A DNA stretch of 53,849 bases from Bacteroidota bacterium (GTDB taxonomy: Bacteria > Bacteroidota > Ignavibacteria > SZUA-365): positions 1-53,849 of the forward strand of contig JAGTUW010000059.1 of the NCBI GenBank assembly GCA_018224345.1, written 5' to 3'. Position numbers and translations under genes: made by a program. Below, piece by piece: positions 49,081 to 53,849 of the stretch (position 1 is its first letter; each line of letters starts with the position of its first letter). A model generated the notes under the pieces. It saw only the letters and a list, made by a program, of their open reading frames with translations. It made no database searches and had not been told where the DNA came from.

Positions 49081-49908
49081 ATGTTTCGATTTTATTTTTA
49101 CGCGCTGGTATTCATTTTCATTGCAGGTCAGTGTATATCAGATGCGCATGCCCAACCTGATCGTTTCGTTGCGATGGCAGGTGATACGCCTCCGGGTTCG
49201 ACTGATAGTGACACGGATCAGAATCCGGATACTCCAGCATCCCGGATAAGCAGTGAATACGCACTGGATTTTGCCAAAAGCAAACAGTCCGGCACACATG
49301 CCTTTTTCGCAGCAGCGCAGCAGAGCGTGACCCCACCGCGCAAACAGCTTTACGACCTTCTGACCTTTGAGGGTGCGTACATCAAGGATGTCGTGCAGTT
49401 GCGCTGGTCGGTACAATCCAATTCCTTGCTGCAGGGCTTCAAACTGGAGCGGCGAAACCAGTCCGATGACCGGTGGCAGACGGTTACCTTCCTGCCATCA
49501 TCCCACAGGGAAAATCACCAGGGCTACACTTATCTCGACAGGGCCGGTGTCAACGGCATTACCTATTACCGCCTGCGACAGTTGCAGTCCAATGGCGTAG
49601 GTATCCCTACTCCCTCGATTGTGGTCTCACCGCATCACGTCCCGACTTCCCTTTCGATCTGGCAACATCGCCTCGATCCGTTCTCGCATTTCGGAACCAT
49701 TTCCTTCGGCCTGGAAGCTTCCACACCGGTGACAATCACCATGATCGACGCCTTCAGTCGCAAGGTCATAACATTGATCGATACCAGGCATCTCGATTCG
49801 GGCCACCATATCGTACCGTTCGATACCGAAAAACTGTCCGCCGGGCTCTATACATTGCGCATGGAAACGGATGCCGGCATTCAAACGAAGAGGCTGGCAC
49901 TGATCTGA
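49081..49908 (+). CDS. Secreted protein with an Fn3-like middle domain and a T9SS-type C-terminal sorting domain
   Basis: The signal peptide is MFRFYFYALVFIFIAGQCISDAHA. The middle domain reads VQLRWSV...GFKLERR...W..V...YTYLD...ITYYRLRQ. The C-terminal ~80 aa (ISFGL...VTITMIDAFSRKVITLID...GHHIVPFDTEKLSAGLYTLRMETDAGIQTKRLALI) fits the type-A sorting-domain pattern. Confidence 0.8.
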   Translation: MFRFYFYALVFIFIAGQCISDAHAQPDRFVAMAGDTPPGSTDSDTDQNPDTPASRISSEYALDFAKSKQSGTHAFFAAAQQSVTPPRKQLYDLLTFEGAYIKDVVQLRWSVQSNSLLQGFKLERRNQSDDRWQTVTFLPSSHRENHQGYTYLDRAGVNGITYYRLRQLQSNGVGIPTPSIVVSPHHVPTSLSIWQHRLDPFSHFGTISFGLEASTPVTITMIDAFSRKVITLIDTRHLDSGHHIVPFDTEKLSAGLYTLRMETDAGIQTKRLALI

Positions 49909-49951
49909 TTCGCCCGTTGCAGCATTGTTCTCATTTTTTATGGATAACAAC

Positions 49952-49982
49952 GTCAAAGGTCGCAATCATAGCGACCTTTGAC
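49952..49982. terminator. 12-bp perfect hairpin between convergent genes (possible bidirectional terminator)
   Basis: gtcaaaggtcgc / gcgacctttgac with a 7-nt loop. Confidence 0.55.
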
Positions 49983-50011
49983 ATATCAAACATGTTGCTG
50001 TTCCACCGTCC

Positions 50012-51256
50012 CTACCAATGCCCCGTCCAATTCTGTCTTTCCTTCCACAGCAGAAAAAGATGACGTTCACTGATGGCACGCTTGAACAGAATTCCAAGAA
50101 AACCAAGAAAGCGGAGCTGCATCCCGGCGGGTAAGGAAGCCCATCCAACTGCCAGATGTCTGCCAAGGGAAACCACTTCGCCTAAAACCTTCGGACGATA
50201 TCTCTTCAGATCGCGCCCTTCAATGAATCGTTTCACATTGTCGGCGGTCAGATAGCCCTGCTGCAGAGCAAACTGCGCCGCAGTGGGAACGGCTTTCGCG
50301 TTCTCCGGATTGATCGCGAGTGCATTGTCCCCGATCGCGAATACCTCGGAATACCCCTGCACCTGGAGAAACTCATTGACAATCACCCGACCCTGCGGCC
50401 CGGTCTCCGCACCACTTTTGCGAAGCAGATCCGATATCCGAATTCCACCCGTCCATATCATACTTCGCGTCGGTATCGGTGCACCGGGCTCGCGGAGAAT
50501 TTCGAGATGACCGTTTTCCTCCCGCATACCGACGACGCGTGTGTTGGTAAGGATGCGAATCCCCATGGCCTGCAGGGCTTCCACTGAACGCCTGATCTGC
50601 TTGCCATCAAGTGACGGGAGAATCTTCTCACCGAGTTCGATCAACAATATCTCAGGTTCCGACTCTTCAATATGGTATTGCTCACAGAGAGAATCGAAAC
50701 GCTCGGCCATCTCTGTTGCAAGCTCGACACCCGTCAATCCACCTCCACCGATGACAAAACGCAGATATTCCCTGCGTTTCTCCGGATTTGATTCCGTGGA
50801 CGCAATCGCAAACATGCGCTCGGTATGCTCACGAATGCGCTCGGAATCATCGAGCTCCTTCAACTGAAATGCATGTTCCTCCAACCCGGGAATCTGGTAG
50901 AAGTTGGTCTTGCTCCCGAGCGCAATCACCAGATAATCATAACGGATACGCCGGGGCGTTGCCGGAGTTGTCTCGGACTTCCCGAAATCGAGTTCGACGT
51001 AGCGTTCCTCGAGCGCTATATGTGTGACTTCTCCGAGATGGAACGTCACGTTTTTCCTTTTGGCAAGAAAACGTGACAGAGGGATGGTCACTTCCGACTC
51101 GCGCACTGCGCGCTCATGCAGACGGGTTTCAAGCAGGTGATACGTATGTCTGTTGACGAGATGAATGCGCACGTCCTTCTTCCTGCGGAATTTCCGCGAC
51201 AGACGCGTCACGCAACTCATCCCGCCGTATCCGGCTCCCAGAATAACGATATCCAT
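50012..51256 (-). CDS. ndh: Type II NADH dehydrogenase (NDH-2) / FAD-dependent pyridine nucleotide-disulfide oxidoreductase
   Basis: I chose the ATG at 51256 (MDIVILGAGYGG). A second dinucleotide fold is present (FVIGGGGLTGVELA), then FAIGDNA. The ORF portion upstream of 51256 runs into the neighbouring gene and terminator. Confidence 0.88.
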   Translation of the reverse strand: MDIVILGAGYGGMSCVTRLSRKFRRKKDVRIHLVNRHTYHLLETRLHERAVRESEVTIPLSRFLAKRKNVTFHLGEVTHIALEERYVELDFGKSETTPATPRRIRYDYLVIALGSKTNFYQIPGLEEHAFQLKELDDSERIREHTERMFAIASTESNPEKRREYLRFVIGGGGLTGVELATEMAERFDSLCEQYHIEESEPEILLIELGEKILPSLDGKQIRRSVEALQAMGIRILTNTRVVGMREENGHLEILREPGAPIPTRSMIWTGGIRISDLLRKSGAETGPQGRVIVNEFLQVQGYSEVFAIGDNALAINPENAKAVPTAAQFALQQGYLTADNVKRFIEGRDLKRYRPKVLGEVVSLGRHLAVGWASLPAGMQLRFLGFLGILFKRAISERHLFLLWKERQNWTGHW

Positions 51257-51304
51257 TGAATACTGGCTCTCATGTGAATCGTGTGTTTTGTTACTTCCAC
51301 ATAA

Positions 51305-51342
51305 CAAAAAAGGCTGCGGTATTGTGTCCGCAGCCTTTTTTT
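51305..51342 (-). terminator. Rho-independent terminator (A-run / stem / T-run, usable in both directions)
   Basis: aaaaaaaggctgcgg tattgtgt ccgcagccttttttt forms an 8-bp GC stem. It lies 18 nt downstream of the peptidase stop. Confidence 0.85.
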
Positions 51343-51359
51343 CCTTCACAGGTTGAATG

Positions 51360-53429
51360 TCAACGCAACGCTTCGAGCGCCTCACCGGCAGCCTGCAGCA
51401 GTGGTTCCGTGGAAATACCCCGGCCCACTGCGGTATGCATCCACAGGTCCGGCGAGACATTGCCGATCGTGCACATGCGCTCCATTTCCTGTCCGAGATT
51501 CTTTCCTTCGAGATACTGTTCGATCTGGAAGGCGATAATGTGCCCGAGCGGGTAATCGGGCGTGTACAGACCGGCATCGATCATGTGGGAATAGATGGCG
51601 TGCAGAAATTCATCTTCCATACCGAGCACCGGCGCGTAATAACTGTTCCACACATCACGCGCAATATCCATGACCGCTTCGCGCAATTGCGTCGGCGTCG
51701 CCGTGGGGTTATCGTACATCCAGCGCCACACACGCATGTCCACCAGGGCAACACCAGCGATTTCATACGTGGACCACAACACATCGAGTGTTTTCAGCAG
51801 TGCGGCCTCCTCATCATCCATCTGCAATCCGAGCACATTGAGATCGCGTGCCTGGAAGACGAAGGCAAATCCCTCCGTGAATGCGACGTTGGGGACACTG
51901 CGCAGCAGCGTATAATCCATCAACTGAAAGCTCATCACCTGCTCGACATTGTGTCCGAGTTCATGCATGGCGATGTTGTACCCCTTGTAATTCATCCCAC
52001 CTTCGGAGACGCGTGTGCGCAGCCGCGCATTGTCCGCCAGGCGTCCCGGCCCCATGGCATGTCCTGCGCCGCGCGAGGGATCCACGGTGATTTTGCCTGC
52101 AAGAAATTCCGCCCGGTCATAGCTGAAGCCGAGGCGGATCAGGATATTCGGAATGTCTTTTTCGAAATCCTCCACGGTGGGATACTTTGCCGACACAATG
52201 CGATCGAGTTCCTGCTCGGTAATATCGGGTTTGCTCTTGAACCCCGGATACCAGATGTCGAAGGGTTCGAGTGGCCGACCAAGCCGTTCCTGGATCAGCT
52301 TCGCCGTCTGCTTGATTTCAGGCGCCGTAAGGATAGAAAGCAACAGGGCCTCGACTTCTTCCTCGGGAATTTCCCTGTTGACATTGAACCGGCGGTCGAT
52401 ATGGCTGGGATTATCCGGGTGAAACGGATCCATTCCCTGCTGTGCATTGAAAATATTCAGCCAGTGCGTATAGCGGATATCCTCTTCGCGTTCCGCACGT
52501 TGCGCGTCCGCATCCGGCTGTTCACCGAACGGCACGACGACGTTGTCGTCGAGATACCAGTCCACCTCCGGATTGTCAATCACGTTCTCCGGGATATCCT
52601 GTGAAATGATGCTGCGCATCACCTGGTAAATCAACTGTTGGCGCGGCAATCCGTCGGGATTCGCATACTGGGCCTTCAGTTCGTCCCGCAATCCCCAATG
52701 AGAGATCAGGGTGAGACCTTCGGGGAAAAGCCGTTCACCGTTACTGTTCAACACGTTGTGAAGAACGATGTTGTAGCTGTTGATGTAGTTGTCGGCATTG
52801 GTGTAGGCGACGGTCAGTTGCTGCTGGACCTCCGGCGGAACGCGGGTATCGAACATGGCAGCCAGACGGGTTTCCGCCCATTGACGGCGACTCCAGTCGG
52901 CTCCCTGCTCGAGACGCTCCTTCAATGTGGTGATCGGGAAATTCAGCAAGACGGTAAACGCCACCTTGATCTGGAACAAATCCTCGGTCGCATGTGCGGA
53001 GGCAGAGAACTCCCCGAATTGATAATCGATCGGGAGAATCGGTCCGATATCGACCTGCAAGGGATAATTGAGTTCGCGGCGCATCTCCATGAAATAGCCG
53101 GAAATCAACATGAAATTATGCTGCAGACGCTCGAAGGTCTTGTCGAGCAGATCGGGATCGGCAATAAATTGCCGGGTGCAGAACTCGATGTAATCATCCT
53201 GGCTGCCATCTTCGGCACGCCAGAAACGGGCGACCTGTGCGGCACCGCGCTCGATGCGCTCGCGCTGATCCTCCCCGTGCTGCACAATCAGTGAATCGAC
53301 AACAATGACAATCGTTTCTTCTGTGATAATACGTTCCGGCATGGGCCCTCCCTTCTCGCCGGGAGTATCGCAGGCGGCAAGCATCAGCAACACACCCAAC
53401 GGAATCAACATGGTGATCATGTGTTTCAT
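51360..53429 (-). CDS. Lipoprotein zinc metallopeptidase (HEXXH + downstream Glu, gluzincin-like; family not assigned)
   Basis: I chose the ATG at 53429. The signal peptide with lipobox is MKHMITMLIPLGVLLMLAAC. The zinc motif is MHELGHNVEQ, with FTEGFA 24 residues after the second His. Confidence 0.8.
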   Translation of the reverse strand: MKHMITMLIPLGVLLMLAACDTPGEKGGPMPERIITEETIVIVVDSLIVQHGEDQRERIERGAAQVARFWRAEDGSQDDYIEFCTRQFIADPDLLDKTFERLQHNFMLISGYFMEMRRELNYPLQVDIGPILPIDYQFGEFSASAHATEDLFQIKVAFTVLLNFPITTLKERLEQGADWSRRQWAETRLAAMFDTRVPPEVQQQLTVAYTNADNYINSYNIVLHNVLNSNGERLFPEGLTLISHWGLRDELKAQYANPDGLPRQQLIYQVMRSIISQDIPENVIDNPEVDWYLDDNVVVPFGEQPDADAQRAEREEDIRYTHWLNIFNAQQGMDPFHPDNPSHIDRRFNVNREIPEEEVEALLLSILTAPEIKQTAKLIQERLGRPLEPFDIWYPGFKSKPDITEQELDRIVSAKYPTVEDFEKDIPNILIRLGFSYDRAEFLAGKITVDPSRGAGHAMGPGRLADNARLRTRVSEGGMNYKGYNIAMHELGHNVEQVMSFQLMDYTLLRSVPNVAFTEGFAFVFQARDLNVLGLQMDDEEAALLKTLDVLWSTYEIAGVALVDMRVWRWMYDNPTATPTQLREAVMDIARDVWNSYYAPVLGMEDEFLHAIYSHMIDAGLYTPDYPLGHIIAFQIEQYLEGKNLGQEMERMCTIGNVSPDLWMHTAVGRGISTEPLLQAAGEALEALR

Positions 53430-53849
53430 AAAAATTTTTCCTTCTGCTGTTTTGTCAATGGGGAAACATAAAATACCGGCAATTCCTGACAATTGCACAT
53501 AAAGAAATCGCACCACCGTGAACACAGGGACCCGCACCAGAGACCGATTCCATGAACGGGCGCTTACACCAGCGCTGACGGAGACCTGCATGCTCCGTGT
53601 GCAAAGTGCCTTGGGCGTTGAATGCTTCATCGCGACGACCGTCAGCCAGGGCGCTTCCGGATGCAGGGCACTCCACGAAGATGCTCAGCATTTCTTCACC
53701 GATCGACTTGCATCTTCGCTACCTGATTCCTATCTTGCCGCCAAGAAGAATCCATTTGTTTCGTCTGTGACGAAATCCAGGAAGTGCGGAATAAAAAGCA
53801 TCACTCTTTCCACATATAAAGGATAATCGCATGCGTAACTACTGTATCC

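Noticed and set aside
53455-53826. ORFs 53455..53691 (minus strand) and 53518..53826 (plus strand) in the 400-bp region upstream of the peptidase gene.
   Set aside because: They overlap each other, have no motifs and show poor codon character. This is probably a divergent promoter region.
53831-53849. An ATG preceded by AAGGA at the right edge of the window (MRNYCI...).
   Set aside because: Only 6 codons are visible, which is too short to support a gene call.

Overview
This window looks like a densely coding, moderately GC-rich chromosomal segment (GC not computed). I support about 45 protein genes. I found no rRNA, tRNA, CRISPR array, transposase, integrase or phage-like gene, and no recognisable defence system.

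The gene content suggests a bacterium of the Fibrobacteres-Chlorobi-Bacteroidetes (FCB) group, but the taxon cannot be fixed from sequence alone. The pointers are:
- a secreted protein with a T9SS-type C-terminal sorting domain;
- a miaB / SPOR / sigma-54 activator / lptE-like gene string;
- a roughly 755-aa mitochondrial-type aconitase;
- a lysine-rich histone-H1-like tail.

Most of the window is core metabolism and housekeeping: glyQS, dapF, pfk, aconitase, class I fumarase, NDH-2, gap, pgk, ispG, miaB and gmhA.

The parts worth a second look, none of which is proven novel from sequence alone:
1. **Trehalose operon (12.4-17.8 kb).** Five tightly overlapped genes combine a TreT-type synthase with otsB, an MscS channel and otsA. 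The operon is led by an internally duplicated protein of unknown function. It is transcribed divergently from a 1143-aa cytoplasmic hybrid histidine kinase.
2. **Rrf2 regulator with an H1-like tail.** A putative Fe-S Rrf2 regulator carries a 65-aa AKKPA-repeat tail encoded by perfect 15-bp tandem repeats.
3. **Stand-alone MetH C-terminal half.** It contains the cap, B12-binding and AdoMet-reactivation domains, lies divergent from the Rrf2 gene, and abuts an LCP-family gene.
4. **Signalling island (5.1-12.1 kb).** It encloses a translationally coupled DUF134 / NifX-like pair.
5. **12-copy G-D-D-x-Y repeat protein** at the left edge.
6. **Decayed cation/proton antiporter remnant.**
7. **Orphan 263-aa protein** with an internal duplication.

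All family assignments come from reading motifs in the supplied translations. No database search was run.
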